Shown here piece after piece: positions 12,146 to 23,966 of a stretch of 64,000 bases of DNA. Made by a program: the position numbers and the translations under genes. The notes below the pieces were generated by a model that worked only from the letters and a program-made list of their open reading frames with translations, ran no database searches and was not told the DNA's origin. Numbering within the stretch: the first letter of the stretch is position 1; each line of letters opens with the position of its first letter. This DNA is from Utricularia gibba (lineage: Eukaryota > Plantae > Magnoliophyta), in contig NEEC01000002.1 of NCBI GenBank assembly GCA_002189035.1, forward strand, positions 2,976,001 through 3,040,000, written 5' to 3'.

Positions 12146-13459
12146 TCATAACACACGAATTTTTTTATTATTAGAATAAGAAAATTATGTTTTTGAATCA
12201 TGTATTAATTGTTTATCTTATAGTTTTTATTATTTTTACCAAATTTTAGGATATAATGTGATTTTATGTGTTAATGGGCTAAATCTAGCCCATCCCATGT
12301 TATTAACATTTTTTCTAATCCAACAGCAAACTTCTAAAATCAAGGAGGAGACATGAATTTCGTGCATGTAGAGATTTGGAAGAATGGGCAGCATTAAAAG
12401 AGGAGACATAATGCATTGTTCTGCCGTCCACAGTCTACAGGTTCAGGCCGGGAACAATGCTGGTGTCAGAAACAGTGCAATAGAGTAAAGGAGAGGAGTT
12501 ATTTTTCGAAAAAGAGAGAACGCGTAGCGAACAGGGAGTACACGAGGGGGTTTCTCCCCCAAACCCAACACGACGAGTATTGAACTAGGAGAGGAGAGGA
12601 AGAACTTTGTCCTCAAGAACAGTATAAGAGCCCAGTCCAACGCTACTGTTCCATCCCGGGAACAGTAGCAGACGAAAACTAGAACTCTTACTGTTTTATT
12701 TTCGTTTGTTAATGTTTTTCAGTTTTTGCAACCAACTCTTTCACAATGTTCTTGACATTTTCATTGCTTTATGTTAATGTTATCATGTTTTACTTTCAAA
12801 GTATAAATAACTAAAGCCTTAGGGATGTATTAAGGTGAAGTATGGTGGTGTGGATCTAGGGTTATGTTTATTTCTTAGTTTTTGTTTCTAAAATTCCATA
12901 AGTAGACCTAAAGAGGGGAACAAGTAACTTCGCAACTAAGATGCTTGATTTAGAGGTAGACCAACAAATCAAGGCGGGGGCAGTAAGTGTTAGTTCGGAG
13001 TAGAACCAGTTGAACCGGGTAAACCAGTTAGACCTAATTGCAATGTTGGTGATGATATTAAGGACTAGCTTAGTCAAAAATATGATGAATGACCTGAGTA
13101 GACTTAGGTTGTTTGAAGTTGTGAGTATACGAACATAGTAAATTAAATTAGGCACCTTAACATAACACCACCTGCAAATTCTTAAGTTATTTTGAGTTAG
13201 AACCAGTACTTATTACCTTTCGCATTGAAACCTGATTCTGTTTACTGAACTTACCTGCCACTGTTAGTCCAAGCTTAGACTAAGATCTATTGTTATTCCG
13301 AATCATACATTTACTAAACAAGCACTAGTTCTTCGTGATCGACCCCGACATCCACTATACAAGTTTTCTAAATTTGTATTTTGTGTAGATTATGGACTAT
13401 AAATTTATTTGATAACAGAATTCTATTTTTGCAACAACATTAGGAATTTCCGTTTATCG
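12146..13459 (+). mobile_element. Athila-type Ty3/gypsy solo LTR (same family as 37572-38930)
   Basis: Collinear similarity with 37572-38930 along ~1.3 kb, e.g. CTAAAGCCTTAG.GATG..TTAA.GTGAAGTATGGTGGTGTGGATCT and TTCGTGATCGACCCCGACAT. No PBS follows. No TSD found; left boundary approximate. Confidence 0.8.
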
Positions 13460-13740
13460 GGCCGAATACTTGGGCTGCTTAATCTTCAATGTGATCGATC
13501 GGGTCGATTGTTTTCAACATTTGATGAGAAAATAATTTATTTTGTTAACTTATTTGTGGGGATGTTAATAATAAAATAAACACAATATGGCTATTTTTAA
13601 TATACTGTACTCGATCTAAATACCATCCAATATTGTTCCTTGGATTGTCATAATTGTAACGACCCACGCACACCTAGCATGATATTTTCTGCTTTGGGCA
13701 CCCAACCCTCACGGTTTTACGTTTTCCCCACATACCAACA

Positions 13741-13810
13741 GACTTCCCAGGGGGTCACCCATCCTCACATTACCCTGGTACGCTTAACCCTGGAGTTCCT
13801 ATGAAGATCC
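13741..13810 (-). other. 5S rRNA-derived segment in LTR (box C intact, 6-nt deletion between boxes A and C); not a 5S gene
   Basis: Plus strand GACTTCCCAGGGGGTCACCCATCCT...ACGCTTAACCCTGGAGTTCCTATGAAGATCC aligns to the reverse complement of the central part of plant 5S rRNA; both 5S ends are absent. Confidence 0.85.
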
Positions 13811-15094
13811 TCCGCCGTGTTGGGGAAAAGGACTTATACTAGATTTGCGTGGTCACTCTTCCTAATCTCATCCACTCCCACATCGGTGATCAATGTGAGA
13901 TTTGCCTAAGGCCCTTCTCCTCGACCCTTCCGTGGGGTGGGACGTCACATTCTCCCCCCTTGGAAACTCAGCATCCTCGATGAGGTTTGCCATGTAATGT
14001 CCCCTACCCTCTAAACTACACAACGAGCATGGTAACGCTACCTTTTGGCTGCACGCTGCGCGGCCGACAACGCACAAGAGCTCATATATGGAAATATTGC
14101 ACAACTTGGCCGAAAGTCATCAACAACAATTACAACCTAAGCAATTTACATCATACATCATAAGGGAAGGCCCTTCCCTCTACAAGCACCAACACATTCA
14201 AGTCACTTGACAACCATCAGGTAGACACTCCCTGTGCATAATCACGCCAAAAGCATATTACAAATCCTAAGCACTAAGGGAGGGCACCTCCCACACCGTC
14301 GGCGCTACAAGCGCTGACTCAAAACGTGACTCTCAACCTCGCTTGCCCCATCTATCCCATTGGTGCACCCTCCCTGGCCACTTCAGTAGTCGACCCGGTA
14401 TTGGGACCTACACACAAGAACGAGTAAGGCATTAGTTCTCGCGGTAAGAGGAACATCGTTCCTCATCTTACCCCCTCTCAAGGTCATAACTCATTTTCCC
14501 CCAGCCCGAAGGCTCACGGCTTCCGTCCCACGGCTCGTCGCGTTGCCGGCAGACCAGGTCCCCGACCATGAGAGATCCCCGCTCGCAACGAGCTCAGGCT
14601 TCCACACCCTCGGGTAGTCACGAGTTGCTGCCAGTGTTCGGTCATCACCAGCCCCACCCAAAGGCTTCGTCTACTTGCCCGAACCGACACCCAGGGCTAA
14701 GCCCCTTACCTTTGCCGCTTCCGGCGACTCTCGTGTGCTGCGCGTCCGCTTCCGACAAGTTCACGCCATGGTTCCTTCCAGTTCGTGACTCCTCTCTCAG
14801 ACGTGTAGCCCTCCACCCTAATTTCATCCCCAATTTTATTTAGTGGGTCAATTTCGAAGGTTGGTCGCGGGTGGAGACTCTCCCTGCCCAGCTGCCCAAC
14901 TCCCCCTTCCTTCTCCCTTGTGACCACCCCGCATGCCTCCCGCATGGTGGTGGTGAGGGCTGCCAAGTCCATCGATTCTTCTCACGCCATGGTCACCCTA
15001 TTGCATGGCAGCCCCTCTCGCACCTCTCCTGTTGCGGTTGACACACGTCGGCTCGTAACAAGGCCATCAAGACTCTCTCCCACGCTACCGTCCA

Positions 15095-15170
15095 ACTTTC
15101 CAGGGGGTCACCCATTCTCACATTACCCCTAAGCAAGCACGCTTAACTCTGGAGTTCCTATGAAGGATCC
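15095..15170 (-). other. Second 5S rRNA-derived segment (box A intact, native A-C spacing)
   Basis: ACTTTCCAGGGGGTCACCCATTCT...CAAGCACGCTTAACTCTGGAGTTCCTATGAAGGATCC; GCACGCTTAACT is the reverse complement of 5S box A (AGTTAAGCGTGC). Confidence 0.85.
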
Positions 15171-15204
15171 TCTGCCGTGTTGGAGAAAAAGGAAAACCAA
15201 AAAA

Positions 15205-18200
15205 ACAATGAGATTCTTAAGTTCTGCTTCCATTGTCTTTTTATCTGCCAGTGCCTTCACTAAACTGGTAGGTTGAGAATGTGTGTTGAAGCATTTGTCT
15301 CCACACAGGGAGCTCGCAGATGCTAATCCAAGTTTGTACAGGTCCTTTGTTGTATTTTCCTTAGCAATATTCAGATAATCTTGAAGCCACTATGGTGGCA
15401 TTTGAGTTCTTTCACTCCTTCGAAGTTCTAAAGGGTGTTCAGCTTCCTCAAGAATCTCGTTGTTTTTTTGGTTTTCCTTTTTATCCTTCTCAGTAGGTTC
15501 ATCTTGCTGGTTGCTACATACATGATCTTCCTCATCTTCTAAGTTGTCATTTTGAAGGGTGTTATCATTGAAGAGGTAGTAAGTATCCTCAAATCCATCA
15601 AGCTCGATGGCTACCCTTTCAGTTTCGTTATCTGATGTATCTGTTCCTGTTATACTTTCACATTCAATTGAATCATTTGATTGCAAAGTAGCTTGATCAC
15701 TATGTTCTGAGGTGTCTGACTCATTTGGGAGTTGATTGCCATTTTCAGAAAGCACACTTACATTCTCTGTTACAGCTTGTTCCAATTGAATATTCACATG
15801 TATATCTGAGTCACTAGATGGAAATAGACAGCTTAAGTGTCCTTCGTAAGGTTTTTTATTCTTTGATGTCTCCTAGTTCCAGCCCCTATCTTCAACAAAT
15901 TTGACATCTCTGGAGTTCACTATTGTTTCATTTTCAGGGTCCCATATTCTGTAGGCTTTTGCACTAGTAGAATATCCCATGAAAATACCTATTTTGCTTT
16001 TCTTGTCTAGTTTTTTTCTCAGGGTTTTGTGAATGATCCACAGTAGGCACACGCCCCATCCACAGTTCATGAAGGGTTTTTAGCTCTAGATTTCCACGTG
16101 TAGGGAGCCTCTTCAAAAGATATACAACAGAACTAACGGCCTCACCCCATAATCTCAAAGGTACTCCCCTTTCAAAGAAAAGACATCGCGCCATGTCCAT
16201 TATTGTCCTATTTCGTCTTTCACATTTACCATTCTGTTGGTAAACTGATGTGTGTAAGGGTTAGTAAACTGATGTGTGATGTCATTTTTTTCACATAATT
16301 TTTCCAGTTCTCTTGGTGTATACTCTCTACCGTTGTCTGACCTCAAATACTTGATTTTTTTTCCCACTCTAATTTTCTGTAACAGCCTTAAAAGTTTGAA
16401 ACTTTGTCACCACTTCATCTCTTGATTTCAGAAAGAAGACCGAGCAATGCTTGGAATAATCATCCACAAATAGCAGGAAATATTTACTTCCTCCTCTAGA
16501 TGTTGGAGTAATTGGTCCGCACACATCTATGTAGACAACTTCTAGAGAAGCAGATGCAGTCCAAGTACTAGGTTAAAAGATCGGTCTACTCATTTTCCCA
16601 TATTGACATATTTCATGGCACTCGTTGGTTTTTGAGATTGTATCCATTCCCATAACCATGTTTTCTTTCTGGCTTCTGAGCAAGGATACTTGATTATAAT
16701 GGCCGAATCTTTTGTGTCACAATTTCCTGTTTTCCTGTGTCTGAGCACTTAGACATATATCATCTGAGTCAGCCTTTCGCAAGAAATTGATTGGAAATAG
16801 GCGATTTATCATGGGAATTTCCAGAAGCACTTTTCCTACTGGGTTAGCTACAACACATAATAAATCAACGAAGGTAATTTTAAATTGTTTGCTAACCCAT
16901 TGATCGATGCTCAGTAGATTATGGGATATTTTAGGAACATAGTACACATCCTTTATGATGATGATCCTGTTGGCTGTTTCGAGCTTCACATTTCCTACTC
17001 CTTTTGCAGGTGTGTATTGTCCATTTGCTACCTCAATGTTTTTCCTTGTAAGAGGAAAAAGAGTATCAAACATTAGTTTACTATTGCACATGTGATTTGT
17101 ACAGCCACTATCAAGTATCCATGTTGTCTTATTTTCATATGTTATAGCGGTCAGTATTGTATTTTTTCTATCAGTTATAAGGTCAAGGTAATAAGCAGAG
17201 TTGACTTCTTTTTCATTATTCTTAGAAAAGGATACATTGCTCAGTAGTTTGGCTAAGGCGTCGGCATTTAGGTTTATTGCCAGTGGACCATTTCACATGA
17301 GTTGTTTCTTGACCTGTCCAGGAATTTCTTTCTTATGGCCACAGACCTGCTCCTTATGCCCATTTTTGTCACAGAAGCTACAGATTGCCTCTAGATGCCA
17401 ACAACAGTTATATGCTATATGAGAGGCAACAATTTTTTAATAGGTGCAAGAGGGCAGATCATCAACTCCATAGGTGTGTGTCCTCTTTCTCAAGGATGGT
17501 GGTTTGTAAGTGCCATTAGCCTTCTGTTTTTGTGTTGCAAGAAACACCTTTTCTTCGGTGGTGGGAGATTTATGTAGCTCTATTTCTTGCAAATTTTCTA
17601 ACAGCTCAGTGTGTGAGAACTTTTGCAGGCAACCTGTGTCAACCAAAGATGCAATAGTTGTACTGTAAGATGAAGGTAGAACATTAATAATCAGATCTTT
17701 GAGTCGAGATTCATCAAGGTTACTCCCAAGTGCTTTGAACTTCCTCACAGCTGCTCTTATAGTCTCAGTCATATTTTCTATAGTATCTTCATCATTCATC
17801 TTTAGAGTACCAAGGACATGCCACTAGTAAGCAATTTGTTTTTCTCTAGTTTCTTCTGTCCCCATGTAGATCCTTTCGAGCATATTCCAAGATTCAATTG
17901 GGGATATGTAGTCAAGGATGACTTCATATGCTTTGTCAAGAATGCATCGTACTTTTCTCTCCTTGGCCTTAAACTCCTTCAAGGCATTAGCTTCAATAGG
18001 TGGTGCTTCTGCAAAGTAAGTTAGAAAATTAGCATCATCTAAAAAATTCTTTATTTTCTTACTCCGGGCTCGAAACTCTCGTGGATCCTTTCCATCAAAC
18101 TTGGGAGGTGAGCCAAAGGAACCCATTGCAGTGAGAAGGAAGCGTGGTCAGTTTTGGTTCACGTCGGGTTTCATCAAAATGAATTGTAGCAAAGAATCCT

Positions 18201-18480
18201 TTGTAGGTGTTGATGTAGAAATGCAGCAACCATATTGCTTCAAAAAACATGAAAATGAGTTACTACCCATTGTTGATACATTACAACCCAGCCACATATT
18301 TATAACATGCAGAAATAGCCGTTGGTTTAGAATTTGATAGAATCAGAGCTTGCATTACCCGTTGCATTGTAAGTTTGAATCCATGGGCCTTTCCTTAGAG
18401 GTTGGAAATTGAGCTTCAATATCTTCATGATTGTCTTCCCAAGGTTTGGCCCAGTTTATCAAGTCATCGACCCAATCACA
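15205..18480 (-). mobile_element. 3'-truncated Ty1/copia retrotransposon (5' LTR, gag, protease, integrase; cut at start of RT)
   Basis: Gag MGSFGSPPKFDGKD from 18126; UBN2 gag (17437-17799); protease WILDSGC; integrase MDMARCLFFERGVPLRLWGEAVSSVVYLL; LDKKSKIGIFMGYS; ends at RT-start motif ALADKKTMEAELK near 15210. LTR begins at 18180 (minus ..TTCA), but its far end is only approximate. Confidence 0.9.
18158..18176 (-). other. Primer-binding site complementary to the 3' end of tRNA-Trp(CCA)
   Basis: Plus strand TTCACGTCGGGTTTCATCA versus plant tRNA-Trp 3' end TTCACGTCGGGTTCACCA (recalled): one extra T and one C>T. It sits 3 nt from the LTR end and ~30 nt before the gag ATG. Confidence 0.75.
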
Positions 18481-18897
18481 TATATCATTTCTTTTATTGA
18501 CCCAGTCATACATGCCTTCATTCTTCTTCCAGAAGCTTCCAAAAAGTTGCCGCATCAAGAGAGCTTGGTGAGCTCATAAAAAATAGGGGCTGGAGCTGAG
18601 TGTAATGATCAAAATGAATTGCTATCGAGTGTGATAAAAAACTGATGTATATGCTGCACTTGGTACCTAAGTGATTGAGGATCACATGGTTGGTATAGAG
18701 TGGTGAGGCTTGACGGTTATTGAGCTTGATGCTTAGTCCAAATATCACTTGATGGTTGTCGATTTTTGGGCGTCACTCGACACAGAGAGTGTAACTCTAA
18801 AGAAAGAAAAAGGCTGAATGCTCACTGATCCAGATATTACCAAACCCTGAGTGTACAATGCCACTTGATATCAAATTGGTAGAGGAGAGGGATTGGC

Positions 18898-21800
18898 GGT
18901 AATATTATGGCTTTCCTTGGCTTAGAAAAATACAACGAATTAACTTGGAAAAAGATTGGGATGAAGCTAACGAGAGTAGCAGTTGCCTAAAAAATCAGGA
19001 AAATTATTAGTGATATGAAGGGATTTTCGGACTTGTAAGATTTGAAAAGATTTTGGAGATGAGTAATCTTATATGCTATAAAAGAAAGAGGCAATAAGAG
19101 GAGTAAAGGGAAAATCTTGGTAGAAGAGGAATAGGATCAAGGAGCAATAAGATTGGAATGTGATAAGGATTTTAGGAAGTTTACTGAAACTGGAATTATG
19201 TGTAGGGGGATTGGATCTATCAATGAAGGGTAAAGGAGTTCCAGTAGAATTTCATTATCCTTTAATGCATGCGCAATTATGGTAAGGTTATTCCTAATAT
19301 TGAGATCAAGTGCAGCCTTGGTTCGGGTGTGGACTCTCGCGGCCATGGGACACCCTAGAGGCAACACAACTGTGATCACGGAATGCAATTCCATGGAGTA
19401 CTGTGATGCGACCCCTATGAACTACCAATTCCCTCAATTTAAGATTCAAAGTTCTCATTCATTCCAATTAGTATGAGTGTGGAAAATTAAGTCCTTACTT
19501 ATATATGCATGAATTATCATTGACAATTCCTGTAATAAGCTACCGTGACTTCGCCCTTTCTTAATATTACAATAAATATGATTTCTTGGCTCAAAACGTA
19601 TGCATGAGGGTGTGGTGATCCCACTCTGACATGTGATACGATCATTGAACTAGCAACAACATAGTGGCTGCTCAACGAGTGCCACTAATAGCAAAAACCT
19701 TGGGAGAGATTGTGAGACTACACCATGGATGCTTGAAAAAGAATAGGATGTCAACATTCTTTGAAGGGGACCCTGAAATACGTGAATTTTGACTACGTGA
19801 GTTGGGAGGAATTCAAGCAATTGAGACTATTTCATTCCATAGGAGGTGGTTCTGCATAAAATGTTCAAGTTTGAAGCAATCACGTAGGGGATAGAGGAGA
19901 CGATGACTGCCAATATAACCTTGACATTCTTTCTTTGATTGCTTGTGGGGGCAACCCACTTCTTTGCGGCTAACCATTCTGTGAGAAAGCTAGGTATGAA
20001 TGAGATGGAAGAGAAGTGACCACTGACTGTGCAGTGTCAAAAGGTCATGTGCTCTCAATGGTACCCAAATGTACCGATACAATGGCTAGAAGAGCCTTGG
20101 CCGTTAATATATATGGAATAGAAATCCAGGACTTCAAGCTGATATTAGGGATGGGCTGGTTGTCAGAACATGGAGCGATCATCAATTGCCGAACTAGGTT
20201 GATGCAATTCACATGGGGGAACGAAGGATATTGGTCAAGGGACTCAAGAGCAAGACAAAAAAAAATGGAATGTATGGGAATGGAGGATCATTGGGAGAGA
20301 TACTATAAGTGGAGTGCCACTATTTTGCATTTGTTCGGCACTATGTGATTTTAAACCAGCTCCAAAAGTGAAGGTGATTTAGAAATTTCCTGATGTATTT
20401 TCAAAGGAGTTGTCAGAAGAGACCTCGGATAGAGAGATAGAATTCACCATCAAACTAGAAGAAGAAATGAAACCCATAACAAGGGTCCCTTACTGAATGA
20501 CATCAACAGAATTGAAAAAACTTGAAGAACAATTGAATGATTTATTGGAGAAGAAATTTATTCAGCCAAGTAGCAGGTCATGAAGAGCACCAATGCTATT
20601 TGTCAAGAAAATGGATGGTACAATGTGATTATGCGGGGATTATCAAGAGGTTAACAAGGTGACCTTAAAAAACTATTACCCTCTACCATTGATTGACGAT
20701 ATGTTCGATCACCTAAAAGGAACCAAAGTATTTTCAAAGATAGACTTATGTCAAGCTACCATCAATTGAAACGAAGACTATATGACATACGAAAAACGTC
20801 TTTAAGGACACCTTATGAGCACTATGAATTCATGGTCCTACATTTTGGCTTAACAAATGCACCATATGTATTTATGGATCTCATGAAATGAGTTTTCTGA
20901 CCTTATCTGGATAATTTCATTGTGATCTTCATTGACGACATATTGGTGTATTCTTCAGACCCGAGAGTCACGAAATGCACTTAAAAATAGTGTTGAAGAC
21001 GTTGTGAGAAAATAAATTATATGCTAAGTACTCCAAGTGTGAAATTTAGTTGTCAAGCATGGTGTTTCTAGGCCATGTCATCAACGGGGAAGGCATCATT
21101 GTAGACCCAAAGAAGATAGAGGTGATTACATGATAGCCTACTCCATTTTTAGTGGTAGAAGTTAGGAGCTTCTTGGGTTTGGAAGGGTACTAAAAAAAAT
21201 TTGGAGGATTCTCTAATTTGGCTAAACCCCTCACATTGTTCATCAGAAGAAAAGCACATTTATATGGAGTTCAGAATACAAAGAAAGTTTCCATAAGCTC
21301 AAGGAAAAACTCACCTCTTCCCCAATACTTGCACATCCTAAAGCGCACAAGGATTTTTTAGTATATACAGATGCATCGAAAGAGGGTTTAGGGTGTGTAC
21401 TTATGCAAGAGGGGCGGATGAAAGCCTACACTTCTATTCTGCTTCATAAGTGTGCGACGAACTACCCAACACATAACATGGAACTAGCCACAGTGATTTT
21501 CACTCTGAAATTGTGGAGGCATTTTTTATCTGGACACCATTGCGAATTATTCATGGATCATCAAACATTAAGGTACTTGTTCACTCAAGAAAAACTAAAT
21601 CTAAAACAGTGCTAGTGGATGGAGCTAATTAAGGATTACGATGCGAAGATTAAATACCAACCAAGGCATGCCAACGTAGTAGTCGATTCATTGAGTAGGA
21701 AAAGACATGAGCAATCGCACTACAAATGCAAACATGAGTTAGAGAGACTTGAAAATAAACTGCAATCAAAAAGATGAAGGTTAAATTAGTTAAGCCTCGA

Positions 21801-23966
21801 GCCAGACTTGATGACGGCTATCAAAGAACTTCAAAGTCACCCAGATGCCATTAGGTGAAAGGAATTAGTAAAATATGATGACTCGGCCTTCAAGGCAGAT
21901 GAAGAGGGTGTGATAAGGTTAAATAATCGAATTTTTATGCGCGAGATTACAATTTTTAGCATAAGCTATTATCCAAAACCCACCACTCCAAACTCACCAT
22001 TCACTTCAGAGAGAACAAGATGTACCAAGACTTGAAACCCTCATTTTGTAGGTCAAACATGAAACTGGGGATCACATCGACGGAGCCTAAATGCATAACT
22101 TGCCAAAAAGTCAAAGTTGAGCATCAGCGACCGGGGGATTACTGCAACTCTTGAAGATTCCTACTTGAAAGTGGGAACACATCACTGTGGACTTTATGAT
22201 AGGGTTTCCTTTGATGCCACAAAAACACGATGGAGTATTGGTGGTGGTGGACCGGACAGGGACAAAAGTTTTTATCTCGATTTTGGCAAACTCTACAACA
22301 AGTACTAGGAATCAATTTGAGTATGAGCATTGCCCACCACCCCTAAACCAGCAGACAATCAGAAAGGACTATACAAATATTGAAAAAAATGCTAAGTAAG
22401 AGCTTGCCTATTGGATTTTCTGATTGACTTGGAAAGATACTTGTCTTTGAGGAGATTCACCTAAAACAATAACTACCATACTAGCATCGAGATGGTTCCA
22501 TATGAAACTCTGTATGGTAGAATATGTATGACTCCATTCTGCTGGAATGCCATGAGTGAACAGAAATTGGTTGGGCTAGAGCTAGTGAATGACAACAGAC
22601 TAAAGTAAGGATAATAAGGCAACAACTAAAAGAGGTTCACGATTGACCGACACAAGAGCTAGGTAGATAAAAAAAAAAGGAAGCTTTTGGAATTTGAAGT
22701 CAACAACAAAGTATTCTTAAAAATATCCCCAACAAAGAGATTGGTGAGGGTCCCCAAGAGGAAGAAACTAAAACCACAATTTGAACGTCCATACGAGATT
22801 CTAGAAAAATAAGGGAAGAGAGTATAAAACCTACAATTACCACCCCAACTAAGCCCTCTACGTGACATATTCCTCGTGTCATAGCTTAGAAGATATATCC
22901 TGAACACATCCCCATATGCTGCAGTCAGAATTAGTAGAGATAGCTAAGAACTTGGCATTGCTGGAAGAATCTCAATGGGTCCTAGACTCAAAAATCATTA
23001 AGCATGAACAATGAGAGATATGAATGATAAAAGTACAATGGATGCAGCAAAACGAGAGTGAGGCAACGTGGGAAGATGCTAAGGAAATAGCCGCCACGCA
23101 TTCAGAATAAATGGAAGGTACGAAATTTTTGAGATGAAACTTAAATTATGAAGAGTAGAGTATAATATTACAGCTTTCCTTCGAGAAATACCAGGAGTTA
23201 ATTTAGAAAAAGATTGGGGTGGAGCAAACCAAAGTAATAGCTGCCTAAAAAATCAAGAATGTGGTTAGTGATATGAAGGGATTTTCGAAATTGTAGTGTT
23301 TGAAAAAATTTTGGAGGTGAAGAATCCTATATGCTATAAAAGGAAGAGACAATGAGAGGAGTAAAGGGAAAATCTTGATGAAGAGGAATAGAATCAAGGA
23401 GCAGTAAAATTGGAATGTGATAAAGGTTCTAAGAAGTTTACTGACTATAAAAGTATATGTAGGGGGATTGGGTCTTTCAACAGACGGTAAGGAAGTTTCA
23501 GTAGAATTCTATTATCCTCTATTGCATGCACAATTATGGTAAGGTTATTCTCAATATTGAGATCAAGGGAAGCCTTGGTTCGGGTCTGGTCTCCCGTGGC
23601 CATGAGACATCCCACAGGCAACGCGACTATGGTCACGGAATGCAATTCCCTGGAATACCAGGGTGCCACCCCCACGAACTACCAATTCCCTTAATTAAGA
23701 TTCAAAATTCTCATTAGTTCCAATTAGTATGAGTGTGGCAAATTAAGTCCTTACTTTTTTGTGCACGGTAGGAGCACTTGGAGGGGGCTTCCGGCACCGA
23801 AGATTCCCCATCCATCAGCTTGGGAGTTTAGACGCAAGCAACCCTCAACGTCACTTATTACTTTGTGCATGAATTATCATAGAGAATTCCCATAACGGTT
23901 ACCATGTCTTCATCCTTTCTCAATATTACAATAAAGATGTTTTCTTGGCCCAAAACATATGCATGA
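18898..23966 (+). mobile_element. Degenerate full-length Ty3/gypsy chromovirus (Tekay/Del-like)
   Basis: Direct LTRs from 18898 and 23161 (homology followed to ~19607 and ~23966). PPT GAAGAGTAGAG at 23150-23160. Protease DFKLILGMGWLS; RT FPDVFS..REIEFTIKL and [15 protein letters not shown]; RNase H YTDASKEGLGCVLMQ..YPTHNMELA; integrase DFMIGFP..VVVDR; chromodomain IKVQW...EATWED. Many stops and frameshifts. Confidence 0.92.

Larger units (their letters stand above)
13655..15193 (-). mobile_element. Cassandra-like non-autonomous LTR element with 5S rDNA-derived LTR core and a long non-coding internal domain
   Basis: Complete 295-bp LTR at 13655-13949 (TGTAACGACCC...GGGACGTCACA, inverted termini). 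PPT AAGGGGGGAGAA (minus) at 13950-13961, preceded by the Cassandra/TRIM-type CGAGGATGCTG motif. A second, partial LTR copy lies at ~15093-15193. Both LTRs contain 5S-like sequence, and the LTR also has the AAAACCGTGAGGG..CCCAAAGC.GA.AATATC.TGCTA motif typical of Cassandra. Confidence 0.88.

Noticed and set aside
13741-13810. 5S rRNA gene call (also 15095-15170)
   Set aside because: Only the central ~70-75 nt match, both 5S ends and the T-rich terminator are absent, and the segments are embedded in an LTR.
19632-19643. TGTGATACGATC as the Tekay element's Met PBS
   Set aside because: Only ~7/12 match. The position is plausible but too degenerate to call.
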